This document shows positions 49,830-57,711 of a DNA stretch of 64,000 nucleotides, one piece after another. Under the pieces are notes generated by a model. The model saw only the letters and a program-made list of their open reading frames with translations. It made no database searches and was not told the DNA's origin. This stretch comes from Gammaproteobacteria bacterium (lineage in GTDB: Bacteria; Pseudomonadota; Gammaproteobacteria; UBA4575). The position numbers and the translations under genes are program-made. Numbering within the stretch: the stretch's first letter is position 1; the number at the start of each line of letters is the position of its first letter. Where the stretch lies: positions 5,219-69,218 of the forward strand of contig OZ242174.1 of NCBI GenBank assembly GCA_965205685.1, given 5' to 3'.

Positions 49830-50081
49830 ATGAAACTCGGTTCCAGTATCTTGGATGAGTTGACTCGCAAAATTGATGAGGTGCTTCCCGATGACTTGAA
49901 AAAAGGCAGGGACAGGCTTGAGAAAAATGTGCGTGCTGCTGCAGAAAGCGTGTTTCAGCGACTTGATCTTGTCACGCGCAAGGAATTTGATGCACAAAGC
50001 GAAATGCTGGCCCAAAGCCAACTGCGCGTCAAGGAGCTAGAGCAACGTGTACAGGAGCTCGAGGGGAAAGATACCAAGTAA
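49830..50081 (+). CDS. ubiK: ubiquinone biosynthesis accessory factor UbiK (YqiC/BMFP)
   Basis: ATG at 49830 with an AAGGAG RBS. LDLVTRKEFDAQSEML...LEQRVQELE matches the YqiC coiled coil. Confidence 0.8.
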   Translation: MKLGSSILDELTRKIDEVLPDDLKKGRDRLEKNVRAAAESVFQRLDLVTRKEFDAQSEMLAQSQLRVKELEQRVQELEGKDTK

Positions 50082-50181
50082 ATAACAGGTCAGGGCCTAA
50101 CGACAGCTGCGGCGCCCAGTGCCGCAAGAATCCCGATGAGCTAAAGATGTACTGACAGCCCAGTGCAACCGGCTCGAGCGA

Positions 50182-50673
50182 CTAACGCACTGAATCCAGC
50201 ATATAATCTACGACTCTCCTGATATCTTCATCAGAAAAATCAAGACGACCACCTTTGGGGGGCATGGTACCCATGCCATTAATGGCATTCGCATAAAGCT
50301 GTTCAACACCTTTTGCCAAGCGTGGCTCCCAACCGGCTTTGTCCCCCAATTTCGGAGCATTCAAGACCCCTGAGCCATGGCACACGGCACAGGCTTGATA
50401 AATTTCCTCGACCGGCTTTTCTTCGGCAGCCGCAACCAGCACTGGCTCATTTTTCTCGGCATCAACGACAGCTTCGGCCATCACGGCCTCGCCAGACAGG
50501 TGCACATTGCCTACAGGCCTGATGCGGTCTTCAATGTTCTCCTGAATCACAGTCTCATGGGAATAGTCGGCATCTGAAATAAGTACATTGGCGAGTGCCA
50601 GAATCCCGACCGTCGATCCTACAAGCACTCCGAATACGACTTTTAGTGTTTTTACAAACTTTTGGTCGCTCAC
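50182..50673 (-). CDS. membrane-anchored class I c-type cytochrome (cytochrome c5 family)
   Basis: 163 aa, GTG start. N-terminal TM helix, CAVCHG haem site, and c5-like C-terminus (GTMPPKGG). Confidence 0.85.
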   Translation of the reverse strand: MSDQKFVKTLKVVFGVLVGSTVGILALANVLISDADYSHETVIQENIEDRIRPVGNVHLSGEAVMAEAVVDAEKNEPVLVAAAEEKPVEEIYQACAVCHGSGVLNAPKLGDKAGWEPRLAKGVEQLYANAINGMGTMPPKGGRLDFSDEDIRRVVDYMLDSVR

Positions 50674-50881
50674 ATGAACTCCTATTTCTGTTGATTCAGC
50701 TTTAATGCGCTGCGAATTATAGTGAATGATGGGTGTGAAACCAAATACTCTTTATGGCCTATCTTGGTTGCCATACCTGCACCGCCACCATCTACCCGAT
50801 GTGGATAGAAAAGCTCATTCCTGGAGTGCAACCCATGCAGCAAAATCCGGGTTCGCCAGGATTGTGATTGGCCCGCTAGAC

Positions 50882-52525
50882 CTATGCCGACGACGTGGAT
50901 TCAGGGGTATCCACATGCACAGTCACAATCTCCGTATCATGGTATTGCTGGTGGCGAACTGAGGAGGCCAGATGTCGTAATAGTCGAAGCGAAACATCCC
51001 ATTCGCTTGTCTCGGCATCTGCACGCTCTCCAAGTAACGCGATACGGTCCTGAAGATTTTCCTCGCCTGGTGCTGCCACAAACTCCAGTACAGCCTGACC
51101 ACCCTCCTTATGGGCCATCAGAAGCAAACGGCGTTCCTGCTTTTCTACACTTTGACTCTGACCATGTTCAAGAAGTGTCAGCAGGGTCTCTTCGGCCGTT
51201 CCTACGAGGCGATTTGCCATGGCTGCATCCCAATTGCTGCGAGAGGCAAATTCACCAAGGAATGTTTTAATTTTTGGCAAAGCCGACAGATCAAGCATCA
51301 TTTCGACTCGCCTGCGACGTGGCTCCGTCAACTCCACAAACAACGTCATCAGGATAGCGACCAAACCTCCTGCAGTCATCCCGTTCTCCAAAAGCCCTCC
51401 GGCAAACTTCGAGGCATACTCGGGAAATATCCATCCGTTCTGAAAGCCAACTCCTATCCAGAATGCAGCACCAGCAACCAGGCCCTTGCGATAATCTATT
51501 CCGTCCTGAACGGTGACCTTCATGCCAACGACAAACAGCATCATCAATAACACTCCGATATAAGCAGCAGCAACCGGCCCAGGAATTGCCAAAATGACGG
51601 CCAGCGCTTTTGGAACAAACGCCAGTACAACAAAGACAAGCCCAAGTGCAACACCGACCCGGCGTGCGCCAACTCCGGTAAGTTCAGCTACAGCAACACT
51701 CGTTGAATAGGTCGTATTGGGTACGGTTCCCAAAAGACCAGACAACAGATTGCCCATACCATCGGCGGCCACCGTGCCCTGTACCGCCCGGAAATCGGCC
51801 GCACGAGGCTGGCGCCAAGACACCCGCTGGATGGCAATTGAATCCCCAATTGTTTCAATCGCTCCCACCAGAGTGACAAACACAAATGCAGGAAGAAGCG
51901 TCCAGAAGACAGGCCCAAAGCTTAAATCCAGACCGGGCCACGCGCCGGCCGGAAAACCCACCCAAGAAGCGGCGGCGACACGCTCTGTGTCGTAGAGGCC
52001 ATAAAACCCTGCAACTAGCGAGCCAACCACAACCCCGATGACAGGTGCCCAAAGTCGCAGCACCCCCGTCGCCTTGAGAGCTATAAAAATAATGCTGAGC
52101 AAGGTCGCAAGTGCACTTATCGGGGCAGCCAAAACAGGTACCCCGTCAGGGACGTTTTTCAAAAAACCAAAAATGATTGGCATCACCGTGACTGGTATCA
52201 ACATAATGACTGTGCCAGCCACAGTCGGGGTCAGGATCCTGCGAAACAAGGATAATCGTGCTGAAAGCGCAAACTGGAAAAAAGATGAAACCACTACCAG
52301 TGTCGCCAGCATGGCTGGGCCGCCCTCGGCAATTGCCGTGACACAAATAGCAATGAAGGCGCCGGAAGTACCCATCGCCAACACATAACCTGCGCCAACC
52401 CGTCCTACCCGTACAGCTTGCAGCATCGTGCTGATACCACTGACTGCAACAGCAGCGAATACGGACCACGACAGGAAAGCTTCAGACCCGCCTGCTGCAC
52501 GGACAATGATTGCCGGAGTCAGCAC
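50882..52525 (-). CDS. NCS2 (xanthine/uracil permease) family transporter with a ~148-aa unassigned C-terminal extension; the true start probably lies upstream near 52645-52648
   Basis: 547-aa ORF from GTG 52525. The in-frame upstream codons encode the conserved NCS2 N-terminus (RYQPDENPPATLAFGLGLQLAILCISG) but contain no ATG/GTG/TTG before the stop at 52655-52657. Confidence 0.8.
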   Translation of the reverse strand: MLTPAIIVRAAGGSEAFLSWSVFAAVAVSGISTMLQAVRVGRVGAGYVLAMGTSGAFIAICVTAIAEGGPAMLATLVVVSSFFQFALSARLSLFRRILTPTVAGTVIMLIPVTVMPIIFGFLKNVPDGVPVLAAPISALATLLSIIFIALKATGVLRLWAPVIGVVVGSLVAGFYGLYDTERVAAASWVGFPAGAWPGLDLSFGPVFWTLLPAFVFVTLVGAIETIGDSIAIQRVSWRQPRAADFRAVQGTVAADGMGNLLSGLLGTVPNTTYSTSVAVAELTGVGARRVGVALGLVFVVLAFVPKALAVILAIPGPVAAAYIGVLLMMLFVVGMKVTVQDGIDYRKGLVAGAAFWIGVGFQNGWIFPEYASKFAGGLLENGMTAGGLVAILMTLFVELTEPRRRRVEMMLDLSALPKIKTFLGEFASRSNWDAAMANRLVGTAEETLLTLLEHGQSQSVEKQERRLLLMAHKEGGQAVLEFVAAPGEENLQDRIALLGERADAETSEWDVSLRLLRHLASSVRHQQYHDTEIVTVHVDTPESTSSA

Positions 52526-52727
52526 GATGCCGGATATACAGAGGATAGCCAGCTGCAGACCAAGGCCAAAAGCTAGTGTAGCCGGGGGATTTTCATCAGG
52601 CTGATAACGAACACTTGTGTGTTGGGAGAAAGCGTCAGTGCTGATAATGCCACCTCATGTGTTGTAGGGACTGCACTCCCACTGCAGTCGAATGCTGACC
52701 CATACCACTTTGCATGTATGACTCGCG

Positions 52728-53405
52728 CTAGTTTGCCGATCGGGCCGAATTCGTTTCCTGCCGTACAAGATGGTCTATCAGTTGCAAGAGCCGACTATAA
52801 CTGCCGGCATCGCCGGCCGTGGACCGGTACTTCCCATTGACAACAATTGTAGGTACAGAGCTGGCCCCAGAGTCGCGTGCCAGTTGTCTAGAATGCTGGA
52901 TGTTTTTGGAAACACTGGAAGACCTGTAAGCTTTTTCAAAAGAGCTGGTGTCGATACCATGCTGGCCCAAGAAACGTGAAATGGATTTCATGTCTCCCAA
53001 CCGCCGCCCCTGCACATGGATCGCTTCAAAAAAAAGGGAATGCATCCTTTCCGCTTCTCCCATCTCCTGCAAGGCAAAATATGCGCGGGCCTGTGGTACC
53101 CAGTTGCGATTCATCACCGCCGGCATAGACAAAAACTTTACGTGATCTGCCTTTTCCCGCTTCCATTTCGTCAAATACTCTTCAAAGTCGTAGCAATGGG
53201 GGCAGCCATACCAGAACAACTCCAAGACTTCCACATGACCCGTATCCACCTGCAACGGCAAAGCAGGCGAGATCCTGTGATAGTGATAGCCTTCTTCAAA
53301 CTCGACTTCTAACTCGTCCGCCCAGGCCATCGTCCAGACAGCAACGGCTGACACGATCAGCAGCCAAAAAATGGAAGCATGAGATGTGTTTTTATTATTC
53401 ACCAT
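52728..53405 (-). CDS. dsbA: thiol:disulfide interchange protein DsbA
   Basis: 225 aa. Signal/TM segment and CPHC active site (FWYGCPHCYDFE). Confidence 0.9.
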   Translation of the reverse strand: MVNNKNTSHASIFWLLIVSAVAVWTMAWADELEVEFEEGYHYHRISPALPLQVDTGHVEVLELFWYGCPHCYDFEEYLTKWKREKADHVKFLSMPAVMNRNWVPQARAYFALQEMGEAERMHSLFFEAIHVQGRRLGDMKSISRFLGQHGIDTSSFEKAYRSSSVSKNIQHSRQLARDSGASSVPTIVVNGKYRSTAGDAGSYSRLLQLIDHLVRQETNSARSAN

Positions 53406-53485
53406 GTGTGCATAAAGCTAGTTGATCGCCTATCTCAGCTAGAACCCTGCCTCACATCGCTCAAAGCAGTGCGGCGACACCCGCT

Positions 53486-54112
53486 CTAATGTAGACCTGC
53501 AATGTATTCCGCCACGGCATCAATCTCCACCTCTGTCATGTAGCCGACAATGCCAGGCATCGCATTCAGGTGATCCTCGGGATGGTACCTCGCACCACTT
53601 TGATATGCCCGCAGTTGCGCTGCGGTATATTGTGCATGTTGACCCGCAAGACGCGGAAACTGTGCCGGTGCATTGCCAAACCCATTGGGGCCATGACACG
53701 ACATGCAGGCTGGTACTCCTGTCGCGGCATTGCCACCACGATAAATTCGCTCTCCTATCTTGTACAATTTTTCACCCTGATATTCCTTGTCGGCACTGGC
53801 AATCCCTAAACTGGCTACCTGGCTGGAAAAATAGGCAGCTATGTCCTGAATATCCTGCTCTGACAAATTTTCCACCTGAAGATTCATCAAAGCATTCACG
53901 CGAGTCCCATTTTTAAACAAACGCATTTGTCCGGCCAAGTATTTTTCACCCTGACCTGCGAGTTTTGGCCAGGCCGGATTGGCACTGTTTCCATCAGTCC
54001 CATGACATGCAGCACAAGGCACAGCTTTCTGCTTTCCTGCAGCCGGGTCGCCCCCCGCATTGACACAAGTTGCAAATATTAGGCAAACAGCCAGCATCCA
54101 CAGTCTCTTCAT
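53486..54112 (-). CDS. dihaem cytochrome c4
   Basis: 208 aa. Signal peptide and two CxxCH sites (CAACHG, CMSCHG). Confidence 0.9.
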   Translation of the reverse strand: MKRLWMLAVCLIFATCVNAGGDPAAGKQKAVPCAACHGTDGNSANPAWPKLAGQGEKYLAGQMRLFKNGTRVNALMNLQVENLSEQDIQDIAAYFSSQVASLGIASADKEYQGEKLYKIGERIYRGGNAATGVPACMSCHGPNGFGNAPAQFPRLAGQHAQYTAAQLRAYQSGARYHPEDHLNAMPGIVGYMTEVEIDAVAEYIAGLH

Positions 54113-54512
54113 ACATCCAATCCTGAATATAAAATCCTGCTGTATCGTTAATGTAGCTAGAGGTCAACTTTGAGTCAGAAATGAGCCGACCAAAGAAGCC
54201 GTTGTATATCATAAAAGCAGGCACAGTCGCAAAATATCGGCGCCAAATCACAGACGCCTTATCCCTGCAAGCCAAAAACAAGAGGTGTAAAATGGCCACA
54301 CAAACAATTCGCAAGCAGGGTCGAGTCAACGGCTTGACGGCCAAAGGCTCAGAAGGTGCACATAATTTCTGACATACTGAGACAGCACAGCCACCAAAAA
54401 CCTGAAGTTTGTAGGCGATAGAGAGCGACACCTGATTCCAAGAGTACACATTCGCATATGAATCGTGAGACATGTTTTTGGCTGCCACCGGGTTCACAAC
54501 GACACCCGCTGA

Positions 54513-54833
54513 ATGACAGGGGAGTTGAGGCTGATGCGTGAATTTTGGCACCGGCTGCGTCCGAGCTACCGGTTTCAGCGGGACTGTCAGTTTATGGTGG
54601 AGGGGTGTCTGGATGATTTGCTGATTTGCAACAGCCAAAAACGGCAGGACATGCCAGACCATATAATTGTAAAGCTCGATTACTTATCCAGGGAAATCCT
54701 GAAAAAACACAAAATTCCATACCCGGATGCTGAAAGGGCCAGCTTGGAAACATGGAGGGATTTTCTTCTCAAGCTCGCGGTAGCGGTATGGGAACAGGAT
54801 TTGAAAGGTGCCAGAAAGCTTTATCAGGGATAG
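54513..54833 (+). CDS. hypothetical small protein (99-106 aa), orphan
   Basis: The only non-overlapping ORF in the 970-bp cytochrome c4-engB gap. Alternative ATG at 54534. No motif recognised, so coding status is uncertain. Confidence 0.3.
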   Translation: MTGELRLMREFWHRLRPSYRFQRDCQFMVEGCLDDLLICNSQKRQDMPDHIIVKLDYLSREILKKHKIPYPDAERASLETWRDFLLKLAVAVWEQDLKGARKLYQG

Positions 54834-55081
54834 GGCAACTAATTCAGGTTCATAAGCTGAAGCTGTAATCTTGCAGGGGAAACAATAGAAGATGGGCTGC
54901 TTCAGTTCGCCCTTGACAACAAGGAAACCGACTATTGTTTCCAACCTCTGCGGTAATCTGAAATACTGGCTCAGGTGAACGTATCTCAACCCCCTGCTGT
55001 GCAGGAGAGCGCCTTCGGGCTTCTGAATCTGCCCCGAGTCTGCATTAACGATACCTGGGATCACACTGCGACTGCGGTCAA

Positions 55082-55702
55082 ATGAACCTACCCTTTCAAC
55101 AAGTACAGTTTTTGAAAAGTGCCAGCGACTTGCAGGACTTCCCTGAGGATGCAGGAGCAGAAGTTGCCTTTTGCGGGCGCTCCAATGCCGGCAAGTCAAG
55201 TGCAATCAATGCAATATGCCAGCAAAAAAACCTGGCGCGCACCAGCAAGACCCCTGGGCGCACACAGTTGATCAATTTTTTCAAACTGGATGGAGACACA
55301 CGACTGATAGACCTGCCCGGGTACGGCTATGCCAAAGCGCCTGCACACGTACAGCGCCAATGGCAAGGCCTGATGGAATCCTATTTGGTTCATCGCCATG
55401 CATTATGTGGTCTGATTTTATTAATGGATATTCGCCATCCATTGACTGAGATAGACTGGACCATGATTCACTGGAGTAAGCATTACAAACTCGCTCTCCA
55501 CATCTTGCTGACCAAGGCCGATAAGGTAAACAGAAATGCAAGGGCCAAATCGTTAACCCGAGTCACTTCCAAGCTGGAGCAGCATGAATTCCATGCTGGT
55601 ACGCAGATATTTTCTACTACACAACGAATCGGCATTGCACAGATGCAGGAAAAAATATCAGCATGGGTCAGCCAGGCTTTAGTTGAAAACTGTTCGGGAT
55701 AA
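55082..55702 (+). CDS. engB: ribosome-biogenesis GTPase EngB/YsxC
   Basis: 206 aa. G1 GRSNAGKSSAIN, G3 DLPGYG, G4 TKADK. Confidence 0.93.
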   Translation: MNLPFQQVQFLKSASDLQDFPEDAGAEVAFCGRSNAGKSSAINAICQQKNLARTSKTPGRTQLINFFKLDGDTRLIDLPGYGYAKAPAHVQRQWQGLMESYLVHRHALCGLILLMDIRHPLTEIDWTMIHWSKHYKLALHILLTKADKVNRNARAKSLTRVTSKLEQHEFHAGTQIFSTTQRIGIAQMQEKISAWVSQALVENCSG

Positions 55703-55708
55703 AAAAGT

Positions 55709-55734
55709 GCCCCGGTCAAAAGGAAAACCGGGGC
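55709..55734 (-). terminator. rho-independent terminator oriented for a minus-strand transcript
   Basis: 8-bp stem GCCCCGGT (55709-55716) / ACCGGGGC (55727-55734). On the minus strand the hairpin is followed by ACTTTTTT. On the plus strand no T-run follows. Confidence 0.6.
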
Positions 55735-55965
55735 GAACTGTGACTCGGTTGGAAATCCAAGTCGAAAATGCCCGCTTTAGGGAGGGAAGCGGGTCGTGCT
55801 TGTAGCACTAGCACTACTGCTTAGAGGGCAAATATCCTTGAAAGTTCACAGCTGGATGCATGTAAGATCCAACGCCACTAGCGTTGCAAGATGCAGGCCG
55901 TCGGGAGGGAGTTGGCAAGTCGAGGGCTAGGCCAATTAAAAACCATTAAAAACAATAGCTTACTT
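55735..55965 (-). ncRNA. candidate structured small RNA or long 3' UTR (unclassified)
   Basis: No ORF. Several hand-foldable hairpins: 55771-55793 presenting CCCUCCCUA in its loop, 55796-55808, and 55870-55886. Duplicated 8-mer TCCCTCCC (minus strand). Ends at the terminator at 55709-55734. Confidence 0.2.
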
Positions 55966-56028
55966 TAAAAACACCTGCCCTACAAAGGCACAGGGCCGCA
56001 TGAAGTAACCATCATCTTGGCCAACCTG

Positions 56029-57531
56029 TCAAAGTGAACCCAAGAAAGTCAGCAGCGCTTCGCGCTGTCCTCGAGTCATCCTGACAACCTGCTGTTTTGC
56101 TGCTTCCGCCTCACCGCCATGCCAGAGAATAGCTTCAAGGAGGCTTCGTGCGCGCCCGTCATGCAAGAAAGTGGAGTGTTGGCTCACAGTCTCCGTAAGC
56201 CCAATTCCCCATAGCGGTGGCGTGCGCCATTCACGCCCAGAAGCATTCCCTTCTGGTCGGTTGTCGGCAAGACCCTCGCCCATGTCATGCAATAGCAGGT
56301 CCGTGTAGGGCCAGATCAATTGAAAGGACTGTTCTTTGCCGATTGAATCCCGCCGCGTCACAAATTTTGGGACATGGCAAGCTGAACAACGTGCTTCGTA
56401 GAACAAGCGCTTGCCTTCAAGTACCTGTGGGTCGCTGACCTCACGCCGCGCAGGAACACCTAAGTTGCGGATATAGAACATCAACATATCAAACATCGTC
56501 GACACCGCCTCGACCCCGTCTCCGACAGGTGTATCTCCATGCGGAACTGCCATGCAGTCCTGTTGCACCGCAGTACAGTCACCATGTGGAACAGGATAAA
56601 GTGGGGTCGAAATGCCAATATCATCTCGAAAGGCGGCCGCCGACTGCTGCACGAGAGTAGGTTGCCCCGCCTTCCAACCAAAACGGCCAAGCATCACCTT
56701 CTGATGTTCATCGCTCCACACCCGTCTTACCTTTCCAGAAACACCGTCCCCGTCGAGATCATCCGGGTCGGCATGACGAAGGATATCGGCTTCTGGGATG
56801 GCCTCAAGCAGGCCCATGCCAATAACCGGAGGAGCGACCCGAGGTGAGACCAGCGAGTCAGGATGCAAGGCACCGTACTGCAGGTCCACAATTTGGTACG
56901 TCGGCGCCCGGAGATTGACGACTTCCCCGTCTGCAAGCTGCACGGGCAACTCCTTGTACTGAAGGGTGAATTCTCCCTCACTGCGTACACCCTGAACTGA
57001 GAAATTCTGCAACTGGTTCCCGTATGTGGGCTCCGGAATGCTGCTGACACGGTGTTGCAATAGTGCGGACCGCTGAGTTTCATTCTGTGGCGGAATCGAT
57101 AATTTTAGAAGCATCAGATTGGCTTTCTCACCCTTGGTTGGTGGACGACCGCGTCCATCCTTCAGGTGACAGCGCTGGCAAGAACGCGCGTTAAAGAGTG
57201 GGCCCAAGCCATCTGAAGATCGGGTCGAGCTCGGAGAAGACACCCAGATTTTCTTAAAGATCCCATCACCCACCCGAAAATCGAGTTGACGTTCAAAGGG
57301 TGTGTTGGCGGACGGATGCGAGAAAGCATCCCGGTTCAGCATCTTGAATACTGTAGCCGCTCCGCCTGGTCGAAGCTCGTAGGTTTCTGCCCCAGAAAAA
57401 TCTTCTGCAGGCTGTGTAACTGCCAGAACTCGCTGGCGTTCCTCATCAGCATTTCCCGATAGAGGTACAAATATTGCCCATAAGAATATGGCTATAGAAA
57501 CCAGAAATTTGATAGGTTTTCGATATAGCAT
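56029..57531 (-). CDS. DUF1111 dihaem cytochrome c peroxidase-like 'thiol oxidoreductase'
   Basis: ORF 56029..57585. The ATG at 57531 gives a signal peptide (MLYRKPIKFLVSIAIFLWAIFVPLSG). Two CxxCH sites (CQRCH, CSACH). Confidence 0.88.
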   Translation of the reverse strand: MLYRKPIKFLVSIAIFLWAIFVPLSGNADEERQRVLAVTQPAEDFSGAETYELRPGGAATVFKMLNRDAFSHPSANTPFERQLDFRVGDGIFKKIWVSSPSSTRSSDGLGPLFNARSCQRCHLKDGRGRPPTKGEKANLMLLKLSIPPQNETQRSALLQHRVSSIPEPTYGNQLQNFSVQGVRSEGEFTLQYKELPVQLADGEVVNLRAPTYQIVDLQYGALHPDSLVSPRVAPPVIGMGLLEAIPEADILRHADPDDLDGDGVSGKVRRVWSDEHQKVMLGRFGWKAGQPTLVQQSAAAFRDDIGISTPLYPVPHGDCTAVQQDCMAVPHGDTPVGDGVEAVSTMFDMLMFYIRNLGVPARREVSDPQVLEGKRLFYEARCSACHVPKFVTRRDSIGKEQSFQLIWPYTDLLLHDMGEGLADNRPEGNASGREWRTPPLWGIGLTETVSQHSTFLHDGRARSLLEAILWHGGEAEAAKQQVVRMTRGQREALLTFLGSL

Positions 57532-57711
57532 TTTGAGCATTTCACAATATAACATCACTAGCCATCTGAACGGGACCAGTTCCAACCTGCTAGCTCCTCC
57601 AAGCTATACCCTTCGGGCCTTGCAGGAAGACAGAGAAAACCGGACAAGTCTATTTGTTGCTAATGCGAAGCGGCAACCCGATTGTCTTTTCTTTATTTTG
57701 AGGGAGAAATA

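Noticed and set aside
53994-55205. Minus-strand ORFs 53994..54662 (222 aa) and 54684..55205 (173 aa)
   Set aside because: The first overlaps the 5' end of the cytochrome c4 gene and the second overlaps the engB start. Their Cys/Pro-rich or odd compositions show no motifs. I treat them as spurious, although the gap itself is reported as a finding.
55977-55996. Terminator directly after the DUF1111 gene
   Set aside because: Only a 5-bp stem (GCCCT/AGGGC) is present, and the T-run is displaced 5 nt from the stem. This is too weak to call. It is relevant only to whether the downstream region is a separate transcript.
57532-57711. Fur box in the DUF1111 / TonB-receptor divergent promoter
   Set aside because: No segment matches the 19-bp consensus well. 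The only dyad (GTTGC-N12-GCAAC) is not Fur-like.
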